A DNA stretch of 64,000 nucleotides, taken from an uncultured bacterium. Lineage in GTDB: Bacteria > Krumholzibacteriota > Krumholzibacteriia > Krumholzibacteriales > Krumholzibacteriaceae. The stretch lies in assembly GCA_965371515.1 (NCBI GenBank), contig CBDUYR010000009.1, forward strand, positions 4,602 through 68,601, read 5' to 3'. Below, piece by piece: positions 17,934-28,300 of this stretch (position 1 is its first letter; each line of letters starts with the position of its first letter). The notes beneath the pieces are model-generated. The model worked only from the letters and a program-made list of their open reading frames with translations, did no database searches and had not been told where the DNA came from. Position numbers and translations under genes: made by a program.

Positions 17934-19313
17934 TCACGCGTGAGCCGTCAGCTTCCTTATTCTCTTCCTGAATCGCCTTATAAACATCGTGAACTTGAAC
18001 ATCTCGTCGACTCCCGCCGCTATCCAGAGGCCCGCCAGTGACAGCCCCGCGGTGAACGCGAGATTGTAACCGAATATGACCTGGAAGATTATGACGCCGA
18101 AAAAGGCGAGGTACATCGGATAGCGGTTCTCGCCGATGCCGCGGAGGCTGAACGAGTATACATACGACAGTGCTTTCGGTATCTGGATAAGGGCGGCGAT
18201 CTTCAACGCGTAGACGCCGACCCGGATTACATCCGGATCTGATGTGAATATGATCACGAAGTGTCTCGCCCCGAAGTAGAGAACGGCGGTGATCACGATG
18301 ACCAGCCCGCTGACCAGCCAGGCGAACATCCTCGTCGTCTGCCTGGCCCTCGTGAATTCCCTCGCTCCGAAACGTTTTCCGACCAGCGTCAGCGCCGCCA
18401 TCCCGAACGCCTGGTACATCATCGAGAATATTCGCTGGTAAGTGAGTATGATGATGTGGCCTGCGGCGGCAGCCGGCGCGAGCCTGTTGCTGAATCCGAT
18501 GACGATCGTCATCCCGGTCATCCAGGCTAGCTGCTCGAGTGTGATCGGCGTGCCGGTCTGTATGATACGAACGATGCTGCGCCTGTTGATCTCCCTGAAA
18601 TCGCTCCAGTTGAATGTCAGTATCGAACGCCCCCGCAGTATGACGCTGAACGTGAAGAGGAATCCCACGGTATGCGCGATGCCGGCGGCCAGCGCCGCAC
18701 CCCTCACACCGAGCTCGGGGAATTTCCAGACGCCGAATATGAGGAGGACGGCGAGCACGAGGTGTATGCCGTTCACTAGCAGCCCCGTCACCATCGAGAG
18801 ATGCGTGTCTCCCGCACCCCGCACGATGCCGATAGCGACGAAGTTCATGATGATGAACGGCGCGAACCACGATACGGTCCTGAGGTAATCGACTCCGATC
18901 GCAGTCACCGCCTCGGACGTACCCAGCACGGTCCTGAAAATCAGGGGCGCCGCGAAATACCAGATCAGCGCGATGCCTATCGCGGGAAAGATGGCTGTAA
19001 ATACCGTCTGGCCGAGGAAGTGGTTCGCGTCTTCCTTCCTGTCCGCACCGAGCAGCCTGACGATGATGATCGATGCTCCGAAGACGAATATCAGGAGGAT
19101 AGTGCACGTGTAGAGTATCACCTGGACGATGTTCCCGACGGCCGTCAGCGCGTCCACGCCCGTCGCGCCGGTCCCGGGATAGTACTTAGCCAGTGTCGAG
19201 ATCGCTATGTGCCCGACCAGCGTCGTCTCGATCGTCCACATAAGGATCTGCGCGCCCAGATCTATCAGGATCGGCACGGAAGTCTTCAGGATAGGCCGGA
19301 TACTGCGTTTCAT
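17934..19313 (-). CDS. MATE-family efflux transporter
   Basis: About 12 TM helices in 459 aa. MATE-like N-terminus (SVPILIDLGAQILMWTIETTLVGHI). Confidence 0.7.
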   Translation of the reverse strand: MKRSIRPILKTSVPILIDLGAQILMWTIETTLVGHIAISTLAKYYPGTGATGVDALTAVGNIVQVILYTCTILLIFVFGASIIIVRLLGADRKEDANHFLGQTVFTAIFPAIGIALIWYFAAPLIFRTVLGTSEAVTAIGVDYLRTVSWFAPFIIMNFVAIGIVRGAGDTHLSMVTGLLVNGIHLVLAVLLIFGVWKFPELGVRGAALAAGIAHTVGFLFTFSVILRGRSILTFNWSDFREINRRSIVRIIQTGTPITLEQLAWMTGMTIVIGFSNRLAPAAAAGHIIILTYQRIFSMMYQAFGMAALTLVGKRFGAREFTRARQTTRMFAWLVSGLVIVITAVLYFGARHFVIIFTSDPDVIRVGVYALKIAALIQIPKALSYVYSFSLRGIGENRYPMYLAFFGVIIFQVIFGYNLAFTAGLSLAGLWIAAGVDEMFKFTMFIRRFRKRIRKLTAHA

Positions 19314-19379
19314 CGTGTCAAAAAAGTGCGCGGGCCGGGATCAGACTTCTTCCGGCGACTCTCCGTCGGCAGTGATATT

Positions 19380-20027
19380 TCAGATATCCTCCGTCGGCCT
19401 GTTGCCTCCGGTGATATTCCGGACATGAAGGACCCGCTGGATAAAAGTATATATGCTGAGTATCGCCAGCAGGATAATGACGGCGTCGAGAATCCTGCCT
19501 CCGAACAGCAGGCCCGTAACCAGCAGCACGACACGTTCAGGCCGCTCGAGGATACCGACCGCGCAGTCGAGGCCGAGGCCCTCTGCTCTCGCTCGTGCGT
19601 AGCTCGTAAGGAAGGAGCCGGCCAGGGCGGCGAGCGTGAAGAAGATCATTACACCGCTTCCCCTGCCCGAGTAATAGAGGGCCAGGGCGGCGAAATACGC
19701 GAATTCGGAGATCCTGTCCCCGGTCGAATCGAAGAAGGCCCCGAATTTCGATGTCTTTCCTGTCTTGCGGGCGAGCGAACCGTCGAGAGTGTCGCACATG
19801 CTCGCCACCACCAGTATTATACCGCCGGCGACCAGTCTGCCTGCCCCGGCGAACAGGGCACCCAGGACGCTGATGGCGACTCCGGCCAGCGACACACCCA
19901 TCGGTGTCACACCCATCGAATCGAGCATGTCCACCACCGGGGACATCAGCACTCTGAAGTGTTCCTTAATAATAGACTTGTCGATCATGCCGTTTAGCGG
20001 TCCTTCCGTGTCTCTGGGAATATTCAC
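19380..20027 (-). CDS. CDP-alcohol phosphatidyltransferase (PgsA-like)
   Basis: D-x2-DG-x2-AR ... G-x3-D-x3-D motif (DTLDGSLARKTGKTSKFGAFFDSTGDRISE). Multi-TM. Confidence 0.75.
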   Translation of the reverse strand: MNIPRDTEGPLNGMIDKSIIKEHFRVLMSPVVDMLDSMGVTPMGVSLAGVAISVLGALFAGAGRLVAGGIILVVASMCDTLDGSLARKTGKTSKFGAFFDSTGDRISEFAYFAALALYYSGRGSGVMIFFTLAALAGSFLTSYARARAEGLGLDCAVGILERPERVVLLVTGLLFGGRILDAVIILLAILSIYTFIQRVLHVRNITGGNRPTEDI

Positions 20028-20063
20028 GTATCGACGGATTATGAAACCTGAACCGTCATGCTG

Positions 20064-20768
20064 TCAAGCGGTTCCGCCCCTTCCCCTTTTCCCCGCTCCG
20101 CGGACGAGCAACGTTATCTCGCCCCTGACCCGGCGCCCCGCGAACTGCCCGGCCAGTTCTCCAGCGCTGCCCCGCGCCACCTCTTCGTGCAGCTTGGTCA
20201 GCTCCCTCGCGACTACAGCCTGGCGGTCAGGCAGCACCTCGGCAAGTGCCTCGAGTGTCGAGATTATCCTGTGGGGGCTCTCGAAAAACACCGCAGTACC
20301 TGCCGCGGCGCCCGCCTCCTCGAACAGCCTTACCCTCGCGCCCTTCTTCCTCGGAACGTAGCCGTAGAATGTGAACCTGTCGGTGGGAAGCCCCGACACG
20401 ACCAGGGCATGCATCACCGAACTCGGCCCGGGCAGGGCGGTGAACTCTATCCCTCTCTCGATCAGCGCCCTGACGAGATAATATCCGGGATCGGAGATAC
20501 CGGGCGTGCCGGCGTCGGTCACCAGGGCTCCTGTCTCTCCACCCTCGATCCTGTCGAGTATGCCGGGAGTGGCCCTTTCTTTATTATGATCATGATACGA
20601 AATCATTCTGCTATTGATGCCGTAATGCTTCAGAAGGATACCGGACTTTCTCGTATCCTCGGCCAGTATGAAGTCGACCGATGCGAGGATCTCGGCGGCG
20701 CGGCGGGCCAGGTCGGAAAGGTTTCCGATGGGGGTGCTTACGAGATAAAAGGAGAACTCTCTCATCAT
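20064..20768 (-). CDS. rsmI: 16S rRNA (cytidine1402-2'-O)-methyltransferase RsmI
   Basis: Tetrapyrrole-methylase fold (LVSTPIGNLSDL, ALVTDAGTPGISDPG). Confidence 0.85.
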   Translation of the reverse strand: MMREFSFYLVSTPIGNLSDLARRAAEILASVDFILAEDTRKSGILLKHYGINSRMISYHDHNKERATPGILDRIEGGETGALVTDAGTPGISDPGYYLVRALIERGIEFTALPGPSSVMHALVVSGLPTDRFTFYGYVPRKKGARVRLFEEAGAAAGTAVFFESPHRIISTLEALAEVLPDRQAVVARELTKLHEEVARGSAGELAGQFAGRRVRGEITLLVRGAGKRGRGGTA

Positions 20769-21796
20769 TCAGCGGCGATTCCCGGGAACGCCTCCTCGAA
20801 ATAGTCGATGTCGTCGTCTGTTATGTCGAGATGGGTGACCATCCTGACCCTGTCGGGACCGATCGCCAGGGCGAGCAGTCCCCTGTCGGCGAGCTTCGAG
20901 ACAAACTCGGCGGCGTCGGCGCCGCCGATAGTGAATATCACGATATTGGTGTCGACGGGAAAGACGAGCTCCATGCCGGGGGTCTCCTCGACTATGCGCC
21001 CTATCCGGGCCGCGCGCGCGTGATCGTCGGCGAGACGTTCGACGTTGTTGTCGAGGGCGTAGAGACAGGCAGCCGCCAGGATGCCCACCTGGCGCATCGC
21101 ACCGCCGAGTCTCTTTCTCCAGAACCTCGCCTTCTCGACGGTCTCCGCATCGGAGATCAGGATCGAGCCGACAGGCGTTCCAAGACCCTTGGAAAAGCAG
21201 ATATTAATTGAATCGGCCAGGGCGCCGTATCTCTCGAACGTGATCCCCGTTGCAACAACGGCATTGGCAAGCCTGGCGCCGTCCATGTGCAATCTCAGTC
21301 CCCTGGCGGCGGCGAACTTCGATACTGCCTCGAGGCGCTCGATCGGGTATATACGGCCCCCGCCCCTGTTGTGGGTGTTCTCCACTGTCACGAGCGTCGT
21401 TTTCGCATGGTGGATGTTCACCGGCCTGACGGCACGTTCGAGCTCATCTTCAGGAAGGAATCCGTCGGGGCTGTCGAGAGTATAAAACTGCACACCGCCG
21501 ATTACGGCCGAGCCCCCCGCCTCGTAGTTGATTATATGACAGTTACGATCGAGTATGATCTCGTCGCCCGGCGAGGTCTGCGTGAGGACCCCGAGCAGGT
21601 TCGCCATAGTACCGCTCGGCACGTATAATGCCGCTTCCTTTCCGAGGAGCAAGGCCATCCTCTCCTCGAGGACACGGACGGTAGGATCGTCACCGAGCAC
21701 ATCGTCGCCGACCTTCGCCTCAACCATCGCCTGACGCATTCCAGCGGACGGCTTTGTCACAGTGTCGCTTCTGAGATCTACGACGCGGTCGCTCAT
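20765..21796 (-). CDS. ltaE: Low-specificity L-threonine aldolase
   Basis: PLP fold type I. DLRSDTVTKP N-terminus. PLP-Lys region FSKGLGTPVGS. Confidence 0.8.
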   Translation of the reverse strand: MSDRVVDLRSDTVTKPSAGMRQAMVEAKVGDDVLGDDPTVRVLEERMALLLGKEAALYVPSGTMANLLGVLTQTSPGDEIILDRNCHIINYEAGGSAVIGGVQFYTLDSPDGFLPEDELERAVRPVNIHHAKTTLVTVENTHNRGGGRIYPIERLEAVSKFAAARGLRLHMDGARLANAVVATGITFERYGALADSINICFSKGLGTPVGSILISDAETVEKARFWRKRLGGAMRQVGILAAACLYALDNNVERLADDHARAARIGRIVEETPGMELVFPVDTNIVIFTIGGADAAEFVSKLADRGLLALAIGPDRVRMVTHLDITDDDIDYFEEAFPGIAAE

Positions 21797-21896
21797 ATTC
21801 CTCTCCCATAGGATCGATTAAGCTTTTGCTTGATACAATACCCCGTCGTTCCGCCGCGGGGCGGAGCCGGGTCGTGATGCGGCCTTGCGGTCCGGA

Positions 21897-22175
21897 TCAG
21901 GGCTGTGCGACGAGCTCCTTGAGCTCTCTCGACACTTTGAACACCGGAACCTTGCGGTCGGGAACCGGTACAGGTTCGCCGGTCCTGGGGTTCCGGGCCA
22001 TCCGCGCCTTGCGGTCCTTTACCTTGAAGGTCCCGAACCCGCGGATTTCGTAATGCTTACCTTCAGCGAGTCCCTTCGAGATGCTCGCGAGAAACTGGTC
22101 CACAGCCTCGGCGACCTCTTTCTTCGTCAGACCCGTCCTGCTGGCAATGTTTTCCACGATTTCCGCTTTAGTCAT
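21897..22175 (-). CDS. HU/IHF-family DNA-binding protein
   Basis: 92 aa with HU fold signature (GFGTFKV ... ARNPRTGEPV). Confidence 0.85.
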   Translation of the reverse strand: MTKAEIVENIASRTGLTKKEVAEAVDQFLASISKGLAEGKHYEIRGFGTFKVKDRKARMARNPRTGEPVPVPDRKVPVFKVSRELKELVAQP

Positions 22176-22251
22176 TTACCCTTCCTCCTTCCAGGCAGCA
22201 GGAGCCTATGCCCCTCCACATGGTTTGCTCATAAGCACACTATTGAACAAT

Positions 22252-22280
22252 CAAATACCCTATAAGTTAAAATGTGTCAA
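22252..22280 (-). promoter_or_regulatory. Putative sigma70 promoter for the HU gene (TTGACA, 17 nt spacer, TATTTG)
   Basis: On the minus strand, a perfect TTGACA and a 3/6 -10 lie about 77 nt upstream of the start codon. Confidence 0.3.
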
Positions 22281-22706
22281 GGGAAAAGAGAGATGGAACC
22301 CGTAGCTGCCCCACGCCTGTCAGAGACAGTGGGTGCATACGGCGGCCAGACATCCTGACATCTGCCGTTTTTGCATCGGACGCGTTGCAAGTGGCAAGCC
22401 GCACAGGCCGGGGACCGTAACTGTCCGGGGAACAACGGGGAATCACAAGGACCAGAGAGCAACATCCCCTTTTCCCCCATAGATCTGTACAAGCCCCTGC
22501 CGATAAAGGAAGAACGGGGCATCAGGACTTTTTTGACAACGCTCTGGTATGCACCTTGCTGTTTAGTTCGAACGCTGCGAGGTGGTCGCCGCCTTCACGA
22601 ACCCGACCCTGCATCGTATCATCTCGCAGCGCTTTTTTTGCGCCGTATCGCGGGACATTCTTACGTCCTGTGGAGGCGTTTTTTCATGTCCGGAGGATAA
22701 TGGAGA

Positions 22707-23444
22707 TCACGGCAGGCCCAGCATCAGGTGACACTGCGGTATGATCCGTACGTCCTCGAGCAGGGGAGCCGCCAGAGCCGCAAGATCGAGAAGGAGTTGT
22801 GGGTCAGGCGGTATGCAGGCCCCGGCTGGAGTAGCCGGCTGTATGACAAGCGGTATCCCCGCATCGAGCTCCGCTATCAGCGTGACCGCCTTTTCGAACT
22901 CCTCTTTATCGGTGCCACCGGCGATCACAATCTTGCAGAACAGGGCCTTTTCGATCGCGACTTTCAGTGTCTCCCTGTAGGCGGGGAAAACGTTGTCGCC
23001 GCCGCACAGAGAGGGCAGCTTGATGTCGAGAGAGATTATGTCGACTAGAGGCATGATGGACTCCAGCCCGGCAGTGTCCAACCCGTTCGTTTCGAGATAG
23101 AGGGGCAGCCCGCCCCTTCGCACCAGCTCGAGAAAGTCTGCGAGGAACTCGGGCTGCTCGAGCGGTTCGCCGCCCGTGATGCTTATTGAATGGGTACCGG
23201 GCATGGCGGCGAGAGACAGCGTCAGCGTTGCTGCGGCCTCGGGGCTGACGGGATTTTCCAGCTCGACGGCACCGCCGGGCATCCTGCAGGTGCAGCTCTC
23301 GACCCTCTCCTTCGCAGCTTCCGTATCGCAGTATGAACAAGAGAAGCCGCAGCCCGACAGCCTCACGAAGGCCTGCATCACTCCAGTGTAGATCCCCTCA
23401 CCCTGGACCGAGCGGAACATCTCGTGCAACCAGCCTCCCGTCAT
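22707..23444 (-). CDS. queE: 7-carboxy-7-deazaguanine synthase QueE-like radical-SAM protein
   Basis: CxxxCxxC (CGFSCSYCDT) near the N-terminus. About 245 aa. Co-operonic with queC and queD. Confidence 0.65.
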   Translation of the reverse strand: MTGGWLHEMFRSVQGEGIYTGVMQAFVRLSGCGFSCSYCDTEAAKERVESCTCRMPGGAVELENPVSPEAAATLTLSLAAMPGTHSISITGGEPLEQPEFLADFLELVRRGGLPLYLETNGLDTAGLESIMPLVDIISLDIKLPSLCGGDNVFPAYRETLKVAIEKALFCKIVIAGGTDKEEFEKAVTLIAELDAGIPLVIQPATPAGACIPPDPQLLLDLAALAAPLLEDVRIIPQCHLMLGLP

Positions 23445-24013
23445 CCTACACCCCTGACTTTACGTATGGCCCTGTCGATGGAGAGACATTCCTGCCTGTA
23501 CCTCTCGAGAACGGCCACAGTAAATCTCTCCTCGTCCACGCCGATCTCTCCCAGGCCGACCGCCGGAACCGGCGCGCCCTGCGGGTCTATGTTAACGCCG
23601 CAGTGGAAGACGGTCGAGACGGGTGTGACTGTCGCGATGGCAACGGTAAGCTTCTTCCCCGCGATGTAGAGATCGTCCCCGTCTCTGTTAAGAACGAGAG
23701 TCGGCACGAGTTCTCTGATCAATTCACCGACGATGCTGACAAACAGGCGCAGCCTGTAGTTGGTCTCCCTGAGCGTGCATTCGAAATGCTCCCCGATAAA
23801 ATGAAGCATCTCCTCGGCGATGATGCTGCTGTGCTGGTCGGCGTCTTCGAGGTCTACCAGACGCGAGCCCGTCACGGCGCACGCTCCCCTGAACGCCACG
23901 ACGCCGTCCGACGTGATGCCGGCCTTCCCCCTCACGAAATGGCTGCGCAGCTGATCGCCGGTGTAGTCGATACGCTCCTCGAGGATCTTCGTCTCAAGCA
24001 TCAGATCATCCAT
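23441..24013 (-). CDS. Conserved hypothetical protein embedded in the queD-queC-queE operon
   Basis: 190 aa with no motif I can name. Has 4-bp overlaps with the neighbouring que genes. Confidence 0.45.
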   Translation of the reverse strand: MDDLMLETKILEERIDYTGDQLRSHFVRGKAGITSDGVVAFRGACAVTGSRLVDLEDADQHSSIIAEEMLHFIGEHFECTLRETNYRLRLFVSIVGELIRELVPTLVLNRDGDDLYIAGKKLTVAIATVTPVSTVFHCGVNIDPQGAPVPAVGLGEIGVDEERFTVAVLERYRQECLSIDRAIRKVRGVG

Positions 24014-24055
24014 CTCCTGTTATCGTTTTCCCTTGAGTCACAGGTCGTCCCTGCA

Positions 24056-24763
24056 TCATCGGTCGTCTTCAAAGAAGATCGAAGCCCGGGCGTGCGTTCC
24101 GCCGACTGCCCTCTTGAGCCGGACACACGACTCGCATCTCCCGCACATCCTTTCGCCGCCGCGGTAGCACGACCAGATGTGATCCCAGGGCAGGTCGAGT
24201 TCTATCCCCCGTTCGACTACCTCTTTCTTCTGCATTGCCAGGGTCGGGCTTTCCACCCTTACCGGCGCACCTGTGCTTATGGCAAGCGCCCTGTTGACGA
24301 CATCGACGAACTCCTCGCTGTTGTCGGGAAAGGCGCCGGCCTCCTCGCTGTTGAATCCGGTTATGATCACGGCTGCACCGCGGGCGGCGGCGAAGGCCGC
24401 TGCGACGTTGACGAAGATCCCGTTGCGGTTTTCGACCCAGACAGCCCTCGAAACGCGGGCCTGGTCGTCGGGATGGCCCTCGGCGGGATAGTCCGGAGTA
24501 TCGTCTCCGCCCGGGGTCATCGTCGACGAAGAGATATGCCCGAGCCACTGCAGTTCGACCTTCTCGAACGCCGTTCCGTAATGATCAGCGAAGGCCTTCG
24601 AGGACTTCTCCTCCTTCTCTGCGGGTACCTGTCCATAATCAAAGAAGATCGAGAGACCCACGTCGTACTCACCGGCCGCGATAGCCAGCGAAACGGCGGA
24701 ATCGAGCCCGCCCGACAGGAGAACAACCGCCGATTCCCTGCCCTTCGCAACATCATTCTCCAT
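24056..24763 (-). CDS. queC: 7-cyano-7-deazaguanine synthase QueC
   Basis: PP-loop VVLLSGGLDS. C-terminal zinc cluster WSCY ... CGRCESCVRLKRA. ATG at 24763. Confidence 0.85.
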   Translation of the reverse strand: MENDVAKGRESAVVLLSGGLDSAVSLAIAAGEYDVGLSIFFDYGQVPAEKEEKSSKAFADHYGTAFEKVELQWLGHISSSTMTPGGDDTPDYPAEGHPDDQARVSRAVWVENRNGIFVNVAAAFAAARGAAVIITGFNSEEAGAFPDNSEEFVDVVNRALAISTGAPVRVESPTLAMQKKEVVERGIELDLPWDHIWSCYRGGERMCGRCESCVRLKRAVGGTHARASIFFEDDR

Positions 24764-25133
24764 AGCGCACCATATCCTTCGATGTTTCCCAGAGTTCGAC
24801 TTCCCTGAGCAGACCTCCCTCGAACACCAGTTTTTCGCGGCACATTCTGAATATCTCGGCAGCGAGGTTCTCCGAGGTCGGGCTGATCGTGTCGAACGGA
24901 GGGATATGGTTGAGATGCAGATGATCGAATCTCGGCAGGACGACCTTCTCGAGCCCCGTTTTGAGCTCGAGATAGTCGATGGTAAGTCCCCTGCCATCGA
25001 CCGCCTCGAATTCGTAGTAAACCCGCAGGACCCAGTTGTGTCCGTGCACTCTCGAGCACATACCGTCGTACTCATCGAGGCAGTGAGACGACGAAAACTC
25101 GATCTCTGTCGAGACAGTCCATTTTCCAGTCAT
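24753..25133 (-). CDS. queD: 6-carboxy-5,6,7,8-tetrahydropterin synthase QueD
   Basis: PTPS fold with the SSHCL Cys and HGHNW zinc/His motifs. 126 aa. Confidence 0.8.
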   Translation of the reverse strand: MTGKWTVSTEIEFSSSHCLDEYDGMCSRVHGHNWVLRVYYEFEAVDGRGLTIDYLELKTGLEKVVLPRFDHLHLNHIPPFDTISPTSENLAAEIFRMCREKLVFEGGLLREVELWETSKDMVRYGE

Positions 25134-25378
25134 AATCCCCCGGACGCCCTGTGAAAGGAATGTAACCCTTTATCTGCATGCCGCTTATGCATAATGCAAA
25201 CGGGGGCGTCTGCGGCGGCCCGCATGCGCCCGTGAATGTACACCTAACTCCCCGCCTTATCAACGGTTAAAACACGCCGAAAAATTATCCCGGCTGGTAC
25301 ACATTTCGCATAAAGCCCATAAAACCGGGTGATATTCGTGAATCCGCGATTCAGCGGAGTGAAAGGCGGAACGAGGCA

Positions 25379-28300
25379 GTGTTTCTGACACAGGAAAAAG
25401 CGCTCAAGAGGATCGTCCAGGAACGCCAGAAAGGCGACAGGAAAAGAGCCTTGAGAAACGCGATGAGCGCGCTGAAGAAATGGCCTGATGATTTCGATAT
25501 CGCAACGGAGGCGATACAGCTCTGTCTCGATATCTCCGATTTCAAGGAAGCCGTTTCCCTGATGAAGAACACGATCAGACACCACCCCAGATCGAAGCAA
25601 CAACTCTTATCGATAGCCCGCGAGGCGCTTCACTTATCGTTCGATCCCTTTCTCGCAAGTTTCGTCATCGAATTCCTCATCAGAAGCGGGGATTTTGATT
25701 CAGCCCGCCAGGCGATACGGGCGGGGTCCACTTCCTATATCGAGGGGATGATCAAGCGCTCCGAGACGAGATCGAAGGAATTCGAGGAAAGCGACAAGAA
25801 GAAATCGTCCACCTATGCTGAAAACGAGATCCTCCTGGGTCTTTTATTCCTTGAGGCAAGACGCTGGTCCGAGGCGGTCGAACCGCTCGGCAGGGCGATG
25901 AAGAGTCTGCCCGACGAGGCGCATGGCATCGGTGCAGCCCTGCTCGAGGTCGAACGCGAATGCCCGACGAACTCGCACATCCAGTACTATCTCGGAATCG
26001 CATCGATCCTGTTGTCTCATCTGGATAAAGCAGAGTCGAGATTCTTCCGCGCGCTCGAGCTGGAGGACCCGCCGGCGACTGAGATTCTGAAGATACTCGA
26101 GGCGAAAGAGGCAAGATCGAAAAACTGGCTGCTGATGAAGGGCGAGGCCCTCATCTCGGCGGGGATGGGGCCGGAAGGCACGGCAGGCATAAGGGACTAT
26201 CTCGAAGCGAAGGACGGCGGGTGGGACCGGAAGGATATTCCGGGAGACATCAACCAGCTATTCCCCGAACAGGTCGACAGGCAGAAATTCGCGTTCGCAA
26301 GACTCGAAAAACTCCCTCCTGACAGACTCGACGACATCGAAGTAACGTTCCTCTACAGCGAGATCGCTTCGGCGATGCAAAGAGCCAAAGATGCTGTGGA
26401 GGCGCTGAAGACATATTTTGGAAATCATCGTGAGTCGGCTGCGAGGCTCGCGGACTGGGCTGCCGGGAACGAGGCGGTTTCGAACAGCGCTCCGGGACAG
26501 GAGTTGCTCGTCCAGCTGAATCTGCATCTCGGGAAGGGCGAGACGGCGGCGGCCGCATCCGGCAACGCGGCCGAGATGGATCCGTCACGCATACCCTCCA
26601 TCCTCGAGATGATCCAGATCGCTCTCGACGCCGGATTCGAGGAGAAGGCGCCGCTCCTGTCGATCCAGGCGGAGCTCTACGCCCGGGGGGGCAACGAAGA
26701 GAAGGCGTCCGAACTTATCAGGGAGATGGAATCGCAGGAAACACTCGAGAAGGAAGAGCTCCTCAGACTCTCCGGCGAGGTGATGCGGCACTGCGGGGTG
26801 AGTCTCGACGGGGTGATCTCTACGATCGAGCTCGGGATAAGAAATTCGCGCGTCGCGGAGGCCCTCACCTACTCCCTCGAATTCTATCGGGACAATCCGG
26901 ACTCGCACGTCCACTTCGCCGAGCAGATCGCCGGGATCGCCGAAAAGGACCCCGATGCATGGCCGGCACTGGCCGAGCTGTGCGAGCTGTTCGCCGCCGA
27001 AGAGGAACTCGACCAATCGATGAGATTCCTCAGGGCAAAATCGCACATAAAAAGCGGGCAGATCGAGAGGGCCGTCTTCGAGTTCGACCAGCTGATGATG
27101 TTCGACGATTCACTGAGATCCTCCGTGACCGATCTCTACGAAGAAGCCATCGGCGGCAATCCCGAAAACACGACCCTGCATCTCGCCCTATACCAGATAT
27201 ACTTCGAGGACGAAAGATACGCATCCGCCTCCCGACATCTAGGCCGGGCGTTGGAGACCGACCCGGCACAGATACGCGACATCGTGCCGCGGTTCGAGAA
27301 ACTCGTCGAACGCGATCACGCCAACAGTGCAATCTGGGACGAGATACTCGGCTCGGCAATGAAGATCAGGCACTTCGACTTTGCCCGCGAGCTGCTGAAC
27401 AAGGCCGTTCAGGCCCTTCCCAAGAGCGAGTCTGCCGCCCTTCACATATTCGGCGCGAGGATCTCGACGACCGAGGGGAACATCGAAGACGCGTTGAGAT
27501 GCCTGGCAATGACCCTGACCTCCACCCACGCCGATTTGGGCTCGGTAAAAGCGGAGCTCGGAGAGATCATCGCGAAGGAACCTTCGAGCGCCGAAGCAAG
27601 ATATCTTCTTGGAGAGACGATGTTGAGGCTCGGGTCCGAGGACGAGGCCACCGCCGAGCTTGAAAGATGCATCTCCCTTTCCCCCGCATATCTCGACAAG
27701 GTGGGACAAAGGCTCGAGAAGCTTCTTCCCGTCAGCATAAAGCCCTGGCTCATATCGAGGATACTGGGAGAGGTGCACTGGGCCGGATCGAGACGCGACG
27801 AGGCGATGAGATATCTCGAGTCGGCACAGAAGGGCCCGCAGGAATCGCTTCCGCAACTGGGAGAGACTCTGAAGAGGCTCACCGCCGGTTCGCCCGATGA
27901 CGCGGAGCTCGTGTTTATCTACGCAAGGAATCTCGTCCGAACAGGCGGAAACGACGAGTCGGTCGGAATACTCGAAAGATTCGTCTCCGCGGACGGAACG
28001 ATCTCCTCCGGAGCCGTCGCCGTACTGAGAGAAATAATCGAAAACGAACCGGGGCACCTGGGAGCCAACAGGCTCCTCGCCTCGATACTTTCCGAAACCG
28101 ACGACAACGGAAGGGCCGTCGACGCCCTCCTCCGTATAACCGGCATCGAGAATACCGCTCCGGAGACCCTCATCGAGATGATCGAGCCCTTCCTCGAAAA
28201 GTACGGTGAAGAGCCGAGGCTGCTTGTGCCGCTCGGAGGGCTGAGGAGCAGATCAGGCGGCCTCAGCAAGGGCCTCACAGACTTAGAGAAGACACTGGCC

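Noticed and set aside
17917-19997. Long ORFs 17917-19107(-) and 18801-19997(+)
   Set aside because: They overlap the MATE transporter and CDP-alcohol phosphatidyltransferase genes in other frames or on the other strand. They are Arg/His/Asp-rich shadow ORFs.
22371-22700. 109-aa plus-strand ORF in the HU-queE intergenic region
   Set aside because: No RBS and an odd Cys/Arg/Trp-rich composition. The region is more likely non-coding (see the sRNA finding).
25134-25378. preQ1 riboswitch upstream of queD
   Set aside because: A 5-bp AAAGG/CCTTT hairpin exists, but the conserved loop and A-rich 3' tail of preQ1-I are absent. It cannot be confirmed without a covariance-model scan.
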